DNA of 63,235 nt, counting the filler, from Octopus bimaculoides (lineage: Eukaryota), in NCBI RefSeq assembly GCF_001194135.2. It is 5 parts of 5 records of this genome, joined end to end, with 100 filler letters (N's around TTAATTAATTAA, not from the genome) between each part and the next. Parts side by side here need not be neighbours in the genome. Positions count along the whole stretch, not along the records: positions 41,325 to 54,446 come from NC_068986.1; positions 54,547 to 59,844 come from NW_026307386.1; positions 59,945 to 63,235 come from NC_068998.1; 2 more parts are not named here. The stretch is one strand, 5' to 3'. The position numbers were made by a program, and so were the translations under genes. The notes beneath the pieces were generated by a model. That model was not told where the DNA came from, did no database searches, and saw nothing but the letters and a program-made list of their open reading frames with translations. Shown here one piece after another: positions 50,868 through 63,235 of the stretch (its first letter is position 1; each line of letters opens with the position of its first letter).

Positions 50868-50958
50868 GAAGATCTGCAAACAGATCTCTGACTTGTTTTG
50901 GAGAATTTGTTGCAATTGCTTCTTCCAGAGTCATATCCCAATGATGATCATATTCATT
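50868..50958 (-). mobile_element. Helitron Rep-helicase linker fragment
   Basis: DHHWDMTLEEAIATNSPKQVRDLFA matches the W..TL.EA....P.QLR.LFA Helitron motif. Confidence 0.65.
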
Positions 50959-50962
50959 GCAA

Positions 50963-51270
50963 AAAATCATGTAAAAAAATCATCGAAAACAATTGCAGTA
51001 CTGAAAACATAGGAATCCCAAATTTCAGGATTGCAGGTCCGGATTCGGCCCAGAATGTTTTTAATTTGCTTATGGAGTTAGCCTTTAGATTATAAAAAAT
51101 TGTTAATGTACAAAAAAATTTGTTGCAAAAAGTCATGTAAAAAAAATTGCCGAGAACAATCACAGTAATGAAAATTTGGGAATCTAAAATTTCAGGATTG
51201 TGGATCCAGATTTGGCCCGAAATGGTTTTAATTTAGTCACAGAGTTAGCCTGATTTCAAAATGGTATAAT
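50963..51270 (+). repeat. Two imperfect tandem units of about 165 bp
   Basis: AAAARTCATGTAAAAAAA...AAATTTCAGGATTG...GAGTTAGCCT occurs twice. Confidence 0.75.
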
Positions 51271-51329
51271 ATGTTGGGCTATAGCCTCTAGGAATGAAGT
51301 TGAAAAAGCGTGGCACACTGACATACTGA

Positions 51330-51520
51330 CGCCAGGCGAAATGTTTAATGGTATTTTGCCTGCCATTAGGTTTTGAATTCAAATTCTGCCAAGGTTGGCT
51401 TTGCCTTTCATCCTTTCGGGGTCAATAAAATTAATACCAGTTACATACTGGGGTCGATGTAATCGACTGAATCCCTTCCTCAAAAATTTGAGGCCTTGTG
51501 TTTCCAATAGAAAGGATTTA
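51330..51520 (+). mobile_element. 5'-truncated S1 SINE flanked by an imperfect direct repeat of about 25 bp
   Basis: AGTTGAAAAAG-GTG-CACTGA on both sides. Confidence 0.75.
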
Positions 51521-54381
51521 TTAAAGTTGAAAAAGTGTGACACTGATGTCCATGATTAACTGAGATGGAACAAAAGGGTTAATGACATCATCATGATATA
51601 ATTCAATTAAAAGAAGAAATAATAAGATGGATAGTTTTTCTTTTATTTGTTTCAGTCATAAGACTATGGCCATACTGGGGCACTCCTTGAAGAGCTTTTA
51701 GTCAAATGTATTGATCCTAGTACTTATTAAGCCTGGTACTTATTCTACTGGTTTCTTTTGCTGAAATGCTAAGTTGTAGGGATGTAAACACACCAGCACT
51801 AGTTGTCAAGTGGTGGTGGTGGTGGGGGGGGGGACAAACACAGACACACACACACACACTTTTTGTCTACCTAATCCATTCACAAGGCTTTGGTTGGCCT
51901 GAGGCTATAGTAGAAGACACTTGCCCAAAGTGCCATCCAGTGGGACTGAACCCAGAACTATGTGATTGGGAAGCAAGCATCTAACCACACAGCTGGGGAG
52001 AATTTATCAATGTTATATCTTTTTTAAAATGTCATTGATTCTTACTTTGTTATTAACTGTAACATGGGTCATCAACCTGATAACCCATCATACTGCAACC
52101 TATGAACTTAATTTAAAAGACCAATAAGGTTTAAGGTACAAAGAAGATTTATTAACATGTCTCAATAGAAATGCTGTTTGCTCAGTGTGGGAGGAATTTG
52201 GTGTGCTGTATTAATAATAACTAAGAAATATTCTAAAAACCTTGTTTCAAGCAAAATATGTTGTTCCACAAGGCTAACATATTCTGAGAAAAATTTTCTG
52301 ACATGCAATATAAGTAGTGAACTTGAAGGCATTCACTTTTTTCTGGTAGAAATGCTATAAAGGACAGAATACCATATTAATAATTCTATCAAAGCTAAGA
52401 AGTAATCATTATTCGACTAATTTGATATGATGATCCACAAAATGCTAAACCATGTTCAACCTCAAAAACAAAAAACGAAGAACATAAATATATGCTTCAG
52501 AATGCTGTGGCATTTTCCTGCCTTAATTAAAATTGTTGTTTCTGATAAAGCTAAACACTTTTCCCAGATGAAAGACATCTTTGAAGCTTTCCTCAAGCTA
52601 TCGCGCATTCCTTGTAGCTATTGCTCCTTTCATGTTCTGAGACTAACATTTAGTTGTCATCACTTTACACTAGCTCTCAAACCATCAGATGATAACTATA
52701 GCAGACTTTGAAGCTGAAGCACTAGTCATATGCTAGAAAAGTCAACACAGGCAGGCATGACTGTGTGGCTAAGATGTTTGGTTTGCATCTATGTGGTTTT
52801 AGGTTCAGTCCCACTGCATGGCACCCTAGGCAAGTGACTTTGACTATAGCCCCAAGTCAATCAATGCCGCCTTGTGAGTGAACTTGGTAGATGGAAACTG
52901 CATGGAAACCTATTGTATTTCTCTTTTATATATGTGCGTGTGTGCTTGCATTTGTCTCTGCCCCTGTTGCCTAACAACCTGTGTTGGTTTGTTTATGTTG
53001 CCATAAGTAAGCAGTTCAGCAAAAGTAACCAATATAATATGTACCAAACTTTAAAAAATGATTACAAGAATCGATTTGTTTGACTAAACCCTTCAAGGTG
53101 GTGCCCCAGCATGGTTGCAACCCAATGACTGAAACAAGTATAAGATAGCAAACAAGATAAAGATAAGATTTCTTTCTTTTGGCTTCAAACAACCCTTTTT
53201 CTCTAAACTTTTCTGGAAAAGGTTGATTATTTATGCCTTTTGGTAATTATTTAAGTTGAGAAATATGGCCAGTGGTTACTTGTTATTAGATTACTTTAGT
53301 GATTTACCAATTGAGTATTGTAGTTATATGCTGCTTTTCCCTTTTATCTTTTGATGGGCTTCTTTCAAAGTCCTTAGACTGTGGCCATGCGNNNNNNNNN
53401 NNNNNNNNNNNNNNNNNNNNNNNNNNNNNGGGGGGGGGGGGGACCACCTTGAAGAACTTTTAGTGAAAAGGATCAACCCCAGTAGTTAGATTTTTTTTTT
53501 TTTGCTGAACTGCTAAGTCATGGGAATGTAAACACACCAACACCATTTGTCAAGCAGTGATGAGTGACAAACACAGACATGATGACACAAACACAAACAC
53601 ACACACACACACACACACGACAAAGCTTCTTTCAGTCTCTCCATTCACAAGACTTTGGTCGCTCAAAGGCGAGAGTAGAAGACACTCGCCCAAGGTGCCA
53701 CACAGTAGGACTGAATCAGGAACCATGCAGTTGGGAAGCAAACTTCTTACCACACACCCAACACATATATTTCATTTCATATTTTTCTTACTTCGGTATT
53801 TTTGGTATTTGCTTTCATAAATATGTTTATAATTAGATTTGTGTTTATATAACTATTAGCATATTTTCTGTGTTTAATAGGTTGGAGCAGATCTAAATGT
53901 GCCAGTTAGTACACAGTTACAGCATTTGTATACTGCAATATTATTATTCGTTCACATAAGCCACTTTAGCTGACTTTGCCAATCCTTGTCATACTGTCTG
54001 TGATCATTAGTATTTTACTTACTTCTCCATCATTAGTATTCCACTTTCCAATTATCAAGTTGCAAATTAAAGATGGAGGCTTCACACTAATGACACAGTA
54101 TTAAAAAAAAAAAAAAATATATATATATTTATTTACTTTTTAAAAAAATAAGACTAGGTATACATGTGACTGAGTGGTTGGTACTTTGGGCAAGTGTCTC
54201 CTGCTATGGTCCAGGTTGACCATGCCTTGTGAGTGAATTTGGTTAAAGGTAAGTGAAAGAAGCCCATTTTATGTATGTATGTAGATAGACAGATAGATAG
54301 ATGTATAAGATAAATACAGATATGTTTAAGCATGCATAGATATATGAATGAATTTGTGTGTGCATATAAATATATGTATGC

Positions 54382-54422
<41 letters not shown>

Positions 54423-54546
54423 TATATATATGGGTGTGTATATATANNNNNNNNNNNNNNNNNNNNNNNNNNNNNNNNNNNNNNNNNNNNTTAATTAATT
54501 AANNNNNNNNNNNNNNNNNNNNNNNNNNNNNNNNNNNNNNNNNNNN

Positions 54547-54578
<32 letters not shown>

Positions 54579-55460
54579 TTCTCTTATTAAGAATTAAGAG
54601 CGGGTTTCTTTCAGTTTCCGTCTATCAAATCCACTCGCAAAGCTTTGGTCGATCCTCGACTTTAGTAGAAGACTCCTGCCCAGGGTGCGCACGCAATGGC
54701 ACTGAACCTGGAACCGTGTAGTTGAGAAGCGAGCTTCTTACCTCTAGGCCATGCCTGCGCTTATAATATATCAGCAGATAAAATTGATATTCTTAATACT
54801 AAAATAAAAAAAGAATGATGAGCGTGTAATTCAATACGAAAGTCGCTGTTGATATAGTCTTCAAACTACGGCTAACCAAATGCTTCACATTCTTTCACAC
54901 ACGTACATAAAAGCTGGACTGTAAGTTCTGAATTTTGCTTCACATTATATCTTAAGATATTAACGTAATTTCCTGTAGAATAGCAGCTTTCAGTTTACAC
55001 GATGTGTGCAGTTTATTGACAATTATTTTCCCTTTTGAGGTAGTCTCAAAGAGAATAATCACAAACCGAAAGTTCAAGTGATCAAGCAAGCTATTTCATG
55101 TCACAGCGCTAGAAAATGACATGGTCGGTAAACATTATTTAATAACGTCCATAGATGCTCTTGCTTGTAAATGTGGTCTAACTGGCTTGTTGAAACCTGG
55201 ATATTGTCATCTAATAATCTTCTATCTTTTATTTGTTTCAGTCATGAGACTTCGGCCATGCTGGGGCACCGCTTTGAAGTGCTTTTAGTCGAATGCGTCA
55301 ACCCTAGTGTCTATCTTTTTTTTAAGCCTGGTACTTATTCTAGCGGTCATTTTGCCGAGCCGCTAAGTTACGGGGTATCTCGTCTCAGATTTTTGTTTAA
55401 ACATTAAGAATCCAGTATGCGTTCATGAACACACAACCCCGCCCCATGCGCACACACATG

Positions 55461-55518
<58 letters not shown>

Positions 55519-56295
55519 CATTCATACATGCATACATACACATACATACATACATGTACACACACATATATATGAAAAACTATAATAGATCGGTACCTAA
55601 AGAGATAAACAGATACACAGATAATGTTGTATAGTAAAACTATTCACCCCTCCCACTAAAATGTGGTAGTAACCAGCCATTATAAATAGACCAGTACCGT
55701 TCAAAAGGAAAGAAGGTCAGAAGGTCGAGAGTAGGTGTAGACTGTGTTGATAGTCGTGTCTATGCTGATGTATTAATCATACTGTGAAACTGGTTGGACG
55801 TTATAACGATCCAACCCTTTGAGGATAATAACACTGTACGACTGGAGATAGAAACATTCTATGGACGACTTCGGAGGATAACAATATCTGTCAGAGCGAC
55901 AACCGTCGCCAAAAGACCGATACAATGGTGGTAAAAGACCGCTTTACAACAGACAGACAGACAGACAGATAGATAGATAGATAGATAGATAGAAGATTAA
56001 TATTGGGAATTTACACCGCTTGACAACTGATGTTGGAGTTTTTATGTCCCCGTAACTTAGTGGTTCGGCAAAAGGGACCGATAGAATAAGTAACAGGGTT
56101 CCAAACAATAAGTCTTGGGGTGGATTCACTCGACTAAAGGCGGTGCTCCAGCATGGCTGTAGTCAAATGACTGAAACAAGTAAGAGAATAAAAGAATAAC
56201 CATTTTACTGCAAGACTCACACAACAGAAATTCACGAACTGACAGATTCACAGTCGTTGTCCGTGAAGCAACATGAGCAGTCGATTTAAACTTAC

Positions 56296-56393
56296 CTTAC
56301 TCGCCTTTTTTCATCATTAAGCTGACAAGAAATAAGGCTGATAGTAAAAACATAGAAAAAAGCTAACGGTGAAATATTTGCTGAACATTTCAT
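56296..56393 (-). CDS. Putative first coding exon of a secreted or membrane protein (signal peptide)
   Basis: ATG at 56393 gives MKCSANISPLAFFYVFTISLISCQLNDEKRRV, then AG|GTAAGT consensus donor (phase 2). Hydrophobic core with a plausible cleavage after ISC. Lies in non-repetitive sequence. Confidence 0.55.
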
Positions 56394-56736
56394 ATCGCAC
56401 TTGAACTGATTGCTTTCATTTTGGCATGAAAACAAATTGAATTTATAGCATTCAAAATTACATCTCCCTCTTGCTTCACAGATATGTGATCTATCGTATA
56501 ATTTTTTTTTTTTTAGTTTGTTTATTTTCAATATCTCTGCCTAAATACCTGATTTTGAAATGAAGACAATTACTTAAATATGTTCGTTGAATATAATGGA
56601 ATTAATTGACCGAAAATTTGTTGACCTATTACTCTCTACTGATGACGCACGCTATAGAGAAACGGAGTGTTTACAGATACGGAACAAAAGGAAAATAATT
56701 AGATAGAGAAACAACATCAATTTTTGAGCTATTTGC

Positions 56737-56773
<37 letters not shown>

Positions 56774-56947
56774 TATATACATAGAAAGTGCATACATATG
56801 AATATATATACGTATATATATAAATATATACATATATATATACATAGATATATGTACATACATATATATATAAATATGTATACATGTATATAATGACATA
56901 TTTACACAAATATAATTATACACATGTAATATACTATTTATGCATCA

Positions 56948-57044
<97 letters not shown>

Positions 57045-57164
57045 CATATGTGAATCTGTGTATGTGTATGAGTGTATGTGTTTGTGCGAGTCTATGTTTG
57101 TGAGTCTGTCTGTGCATTATTGATATATTGTAAAATGTTTACGTATTTCTCATGAGTAAATATA

Positions 57165-57212
<48 letters not shown>

Positions 57213-57331
57213 CCGTTTATACTTTAAATATGTGTCCATTAATATATGTGCGTGTGTGTGAGTATCTATGAACGTATACATGTACATATTAATATATTAT
57301 TATACATATACATATACACATAACACACACA

Positions 57332-57377
<46 letters not shown>

Positions 57378-57535
57378 TACGGTTAAATTCTCACACGCGC
57401 AAACACACAATTTTATATTATACTTGGAAACCTACATCAAAAGATATATGTATATATTGATATAGATGTGTGCGTCTGTGTGCATATATATATGTATATT
57501 TATATATATTTATATATATATATATGTTAACATAC

Positions 57536-57566
<31 letters not shown>

Positions 57567-58534
57567 ACACTTGCTTCATGTTCCTACACCTGTCTTCGTC
57601 TTCTGTAAATTTGAACTGCATATATACACACACATACACACACACACATATATATATATATTCATTTTACCTATCATATCTTATATACAGATCCTATTCG
57701 GTCGATCGTCACCATCTTTGGTCGGTTGCTTGCTTGCTTGACTGGCTAGCGATTTTAGGACAGCACTCGTCTAGTCGGGGCTAGAAATGGTTTGCGAGTT
57801 TGTGTGTCCACACACACACACACCCATATATATACATACATGTATTTGCATATTTGCGTAACTATGTCTCCTTATAAGACTTTGTGCGTATGTGTTTACA
57901 ACGATATTAATGTAGAAGTAGAGACAGAACAGGAAAAAAATAATCATGTTGGGTAAATTGACGTTCATACTAAAATAGCTAACCTATATGTGCGTTTATG
58001 GAGAGGTGATGTTTCGAGGTTGCGTCGGTATGGAGGTATGGCGGTGCGACGATCTATAGTAGGTCAAAGAGATTATAACTCCCGGGAGGGTCATATAGGA
58101 AATTCATTCTAATTTTCTCCCCCCACCCAAAAAAAAAACATTTCTCATTATTTACATTCGACTATTTCATTGTTTTTAACAATTGTTTTTAACAATCGTT
58201 ATTATTATAAATTTTCTTGTTATTGTTATTATTCTTGTCATTATCATCATCATCGTCGTCATCATCAACTTCAATTGTAATAACAGTAGTATTAGTAGTA
58301 GTAGTAGGAGGATGAGGAGGAAAGTTATAGAAAATGCTTAGCATCATATTTTTTTCTAGTTCTTCGTGTTTCGTGATTCATTTGGCCGAGGTGAATTTTT
58401 GTACTTCAAACTTTCGCAGTCGATAAAATATTAAGAGCTGAGCACTGGGTGTGGCGCAGTCGATATGGCACTTCTCTTAAAAGTGCCGGTCTTGGGCCCA
58501 AATCTTAAACCATTGCATTATTATTATCATTATT

Positions 58535-58610
58535 CGGGTGTCTCATTTTCTCTGCACTACCGAGTGCAGCTCTTAGTGCCTTGGGTACGTGTTGTAGTTT
58601 GTTGTAGTGA

Positions 58611-58612
<2 letters not shown>
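58535..58612 (-). mobile_element. Minimal (about 80 bp) R4/Dong 3' UTR insertion between TAA tracts
   Basis: TACCCAAGGCACTAAGAGCTGCACTCGGTAGTG matches the subfamily B 3' UTR (29376-29410). Confidence 0.7.
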
Positions 58613-58652
<40 letters not shown>

Positions 58653-58749
58653 CTGTTTGAATTTTGCTTTTCATTTATATATAGATGCATATCCGGGTAC
58701 AGGACGTCAAAAAACGTGGACAAAAAAGGAACGGGAACATAAGCAAAGC

Positions 58750-58830
<81 letters not shown>

Positions 58831-59944
58831 ATATGACGGGCTTCTTCCAGTTTCCGTCTGGCAACAAGTCTTTGGCCGACCCGAGGCTACAGTGGAAGAC
58901 TTGTGCAAGATGTGACGCAATAGGACCGAATCTGGGACCATGTGTTTGGCCAGTAACACTAGCAAGAACAGTATCAGCAACAACAATAACAGCCACGTCA
59001 ACAACAACATCAAGACTAACAACAAAAAGCAACAATAGCAACAACAACAATAATAACCAGAAGAAGAAGTATTAAAATAGTAATGATAGTAATAAAATTT
59101 TAATTCGTCGTTCTCATAATAACCACTGAATTCTTCGTTCTTATGTACAGTAAATGGAATCATTTCTACTATTTTATTATTATTATTATTATTATTATTA
59201 TCGTCATCATCATCATTATCATTATCGTTATTATGCTAATAGAATTATTGGTGTAGTTATTGTTTTCGTTGCTTTCGCCCTTTCCTGTGAAAAACAGTTG
59301 ATGGCGACGACAATGTTCGTAAGAGCGACTTGCTTGCCTGGCAGCATGATTTGCAGTATTTTGCCATAGAGGAAGTAAGTTTTATAATACAATGGTTTAT
59401 CATATAATCTCTAATAATAATCAGTGAATTGATAAATTGACCAAATTCTTCGTGGCAAATGATAAGGTATTGGACTATTAAATGTTACGATGGCAAATAC
59501 GTTATAAGAGCAATATAAATTCACCTCTATCGCTCCATTCAATTTTACATATACTTTTACGTTCCTATTGTTTTTCATGTCATCATTGTTAGTATTACTG
59601 TTACTATGCATTCATTATTAGTAGTATTATTGTCAGCAATATTTTACGACTAATGTTCTTGTTGTTATCGCTAATGCATTTGCATTCATGAAGCGGTTGT
59701 CGCTGTCATGGTTGTTCATGCACTTCTGAGATGCTAGACACACTAGGCTGCAAGGGTAATAAAAAAATTAAAAAAACGCCATCTGCTGTGATGAAAATGA
59801 ATATGAGGTTAAATCTGTGTGTATGTATATATATATATATATATNNNNNNNNNNNNNNNNNNNNNNNNNNNNNNNNNNNNNNNNNNNNTTAATTAATTAA
59901 NNNNNNNNNNNNNNNNNNNNNNNNNNNNNNNNNNNNNNNNNNNN

Positions 59945-59983
<39 letters not shown>

Positions 59984-60457
59984 TTACGTGTATGTAATTT
60001 TAAGCTTATATGTTTATTTGGTGTCTTACGTAATCTATGTGTAATATACTTTGGTGTGTGTGTGTGAATACCCGAATATTAGAAAGTCGTAAGTGTCAAT
60101 TATTTAGTTTGACACCTGCGAGTTTCTAACAAACGGTTGTTCATTTATTCAACAACAGAAGATTGACATCAAAGAAGAAATGTTCTGAAGAACAAAAGAA
60201 AAAAAAAAGAAAAGATAAAGAAGAAAGTGTTTCAATGAAGAACGCGGAATTTTAATCGTCGTTAATCAGAAATCTAATCAAGGCGTTATGGTGATGACAA
60301 CTGCAAGGATTACGATGACAATGGTGATAGACTTGATGATGATGATGATTATGAGGAAGAATAAGACTGATGAAGGATTAATGATTAATGTGTAATATAT
60401 TTCAGAGTGGTAATTTTCAGGGAAATGTATGTATGTATGTGTGTATGTATGTGTGTG

Positions 60458-60497
<40 letters not shown>

Positions 60498-60900
60498 TGA
60501 TAAATAGATATATGAGTATATGTACTATATAGAAACGCAGGTATATANNNNNNNNNNNNNNNNNNNNNNNNNNNNNNNNNNNNNNNNNNNNNNNNNNNNN
60601 NNNNNNNNNNNNNNNNNNNNNNNNNNNNNNNNNNNNNNNNNNNNNNNNNNNNNNNNNNNNNNNNNNNNNNNNNNNNNNNNNNNNNNNNNNNNNNNNNNNN
60701 NNNNNNNNNNNNNNNNNNNNNNNNNNNNNNNNNNNNNNNNNNNNNNNNNNNNNNNNNNNNNNNNNNNNNNNNNNNNNNNNNNNNNNNNNNNNNNNNNNNN
60801 NNNNNNNNNNNNNNNNNNNNNNNNNNNNNNNNNNNNNNNNNNNNNNNNNNNNNNNNNNNNNNNNNNNNNNNNNNNNNNNNNNNNNNNNNNNNNNNNNNNN

Positions 60901-60931
<31 letters not shown>

Positions 60932-61301
60932 CATACAATCAATGTTTTTATATTTTATCCCAGATGATGTTTATGATGGTTCTGATGTTGATATCAAATA
61001 TATATTTTTTTGTTATTACTGATGGTTATGAAAAAAACGATGATTAAGATGATGATGGTGATGATATCGATTTCAGTCGCATAGACTCAATGTGATGTTG
61101 TGCCGTTCATGCATTTCTCGTCACCACTAATCCTATACTGCTGAATCTGCTTTTTCGACATGGCTCATTTTTCGATGACCAATTCATTTTGTTACATAAT
61201 CTCAAGAGGCTAATGCCTCGAAGTGTTCTTTTACTCAGAGTGATTTACCTCCAGTATACGTCTGGTACTTATTTCTGATGAATAGGAAATAAACTAGCTA
61301 C

Positions 61302-61339
<38 letters not shown>

Positions 61340-62384
61340 TAATTAAATACCGTTTACAAGACTCGTTGACTTTTGGTGAATTTATAATAAGAGGAATGAT
61401 GATAATGATGATGATGAGTTCTTTTATTAGCCACAGGGGCATACAATTTCAGTTATTTCAGTGATTAGTGGTTCTAGTCTTCGATCTGTTGTGTTAGTGT
61501 GTGTGTGTGTTGGTATATTTGCAGTTTTGTAGTAGTTTACAGATGTTCATAATATCAGAAAACAAACCCCGGTGTGAATTTAAATTTTTCATGCAATGGA
61601 GGCTCAGATTTGAAGCACCAAAATGGCACACATATTACCGCAGTATGGAATAGAAAGCTGGAATGAGTTCTGGTTTGAATGCTTCCGGTTGTAGCTCTTT
61701 CACGTTGCTCAGATTGCTTAATACAACCTTAGAAAATGCCGAACCAACCAATTCTGTTCTCGTTTTGTTTCACAAACTCACTCGTCTCTAATCGCAGAAG
61801 ACCACACAGTTGATTGTGTCAACCTTCTGTATATCAAATAAACATAAGGAATAGTAAATTTCCAAGGATTGTTTTGGTCCGATTGTAGAGCATCTATCAT
61901 GTTTACAGATGTTGGTTCGAGTCCTACGGGTGGCCTTGAATTATTTCCGTCCAAGGAGTATTTTTATACCTAAAATTTGCACGCTTATATTTATAGCTTT
62001 ATGTACTTCGAGTTTCACCGTTAAAAAAAAAATGAATTATTTCTCGTCTCTCGAAGTTTCTAGCTTCATATGACATAAACAATACACACATCTACACACA
62101 CACATACCCACACAACAAAATCAGGGATTTAAAATGTCCCCTGTATCTTATATTTGGTGGTCGTGATGGTTGCCATTTTCGTTGTTGTTGCTGCTGTTAT
62201 TTAACCCTGTGTGAGCACTGATCCAGTTGGCCTGTAACCAAGGTCTTTCCTATAGTGAACATCACGAGTTTCTTTTTTTCGGCAATAGTATATGTAGAAC
62301 TACATCAAACCAATGCATCGTTTAGCAAAGAATACATGAAACTAGTCTCCTTTTTTTTATGGTCTATCTTGAACTACATTCTTT

Positions 62385-62593
62385 TCTACTATAGGCACAA
62401 GGCCCGAAATTTTGGGGAGGGTGCCAGTCGATTAAATAAACTCCAGTACGCAACTGGTACTTAATTTATCGACTCCGAAAAGATGAAAGGCAAAGTCGAC
62501 CTCGGCAGAACTTGAACTCAGAACGTAAAGACAGACGAAATACCGCTAAGCATTTCGCCCGGCGTGCTAACGTTTCTGCCAGCTCGCCGCCTT
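62385..62593 (-). mobile_element. Full-length S1 SINE
   Basis: Reverse complement closely matches 5692-5870. Confidence 0.9.
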
Positions 62594-63182
62594 ATCTAGG
62601 ATTACGTTCATCAGCGTACCTTGCTTTTATACATTGTGTATCTGGGACTACATTAATCAATGTGCTTCGCTTTCCTACATGAGATGAAGGCTTACATTAT
62701 CATCGTTCTTTCGTATATTGTATATCAAAAACTACATTGAATTAATATGCTCCTCTTTTATTCATGGTGTATCGCAAAGTACATTAAACTGACGGGTCAC
62801 AATTTCTTACATGATATATCTAGGAGTACATTAACTAAAGTGCCTTCTTTCACACAAGATGTATCAAAGCAGCATTTACCAAAGTGTTCTAGAATTTTTA
62901 GCGCATCAGGGTATTGTTTGAATGAGATATGTCTGCTATTTCCAGCAGAATGAGGAACTACATTGAGGGCCCATCGTTGGCTTGTGTTTTCTTATTGTTG
63001 TTTTTATTATAGGTGAGAATCATGGGAACGGTATGTCTCATATTTCATGGATCTAGGATGATATACATACTGTTGCATACGAACCGTATATGATTTATAG
63101 AGAAAAATGAAAAGACTCAATAAAAAAAATTAAAACTGTCACGTAGTCGTGTTTTGACTTTCATACACACATACATACATGC

Positions 63183-63235
<53 letters not shown>

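Overview
AT-rich, repeat-saturated animal DNA with many N gaps. The SINE and LINE repertoire resembles octopus (inference). No complete protein-coding gene is visible, and most track ORFs come from microsatellites or N runs. Supportable content: (1) an intact-looking intron-containing elongator tRNA-Met(CAT) plus a decayed inverted second copy. (2) About a dozen pieces of R4/Dong-clade non-LTR retrotransposons (RT plus restriction-like endonuclease), including two near full-length decayed copies, most bounded by (TAA)n. (3) An internally deleted Tx1/L1-clade LINE. (4) A decayed Gypsy-type gag-pol region and a separate LTR with a tRNA-Trp primer site. (5) Two Tc1/mariner remnants and two Helitron fragments. 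(6) Many tRNA-derived SINEs. (7) A likely signal-peptide first coding exon on the minus strand. The best leads are RNA-level: a tRNA-headed SINE-like family carrying a minimal hammerhead ribozyme core, a repeated covarying RNA structure upstream of an R4/Dong ORF, and the tRNA-Met intron. All assignments come from motifs read by eye; no database search was run.
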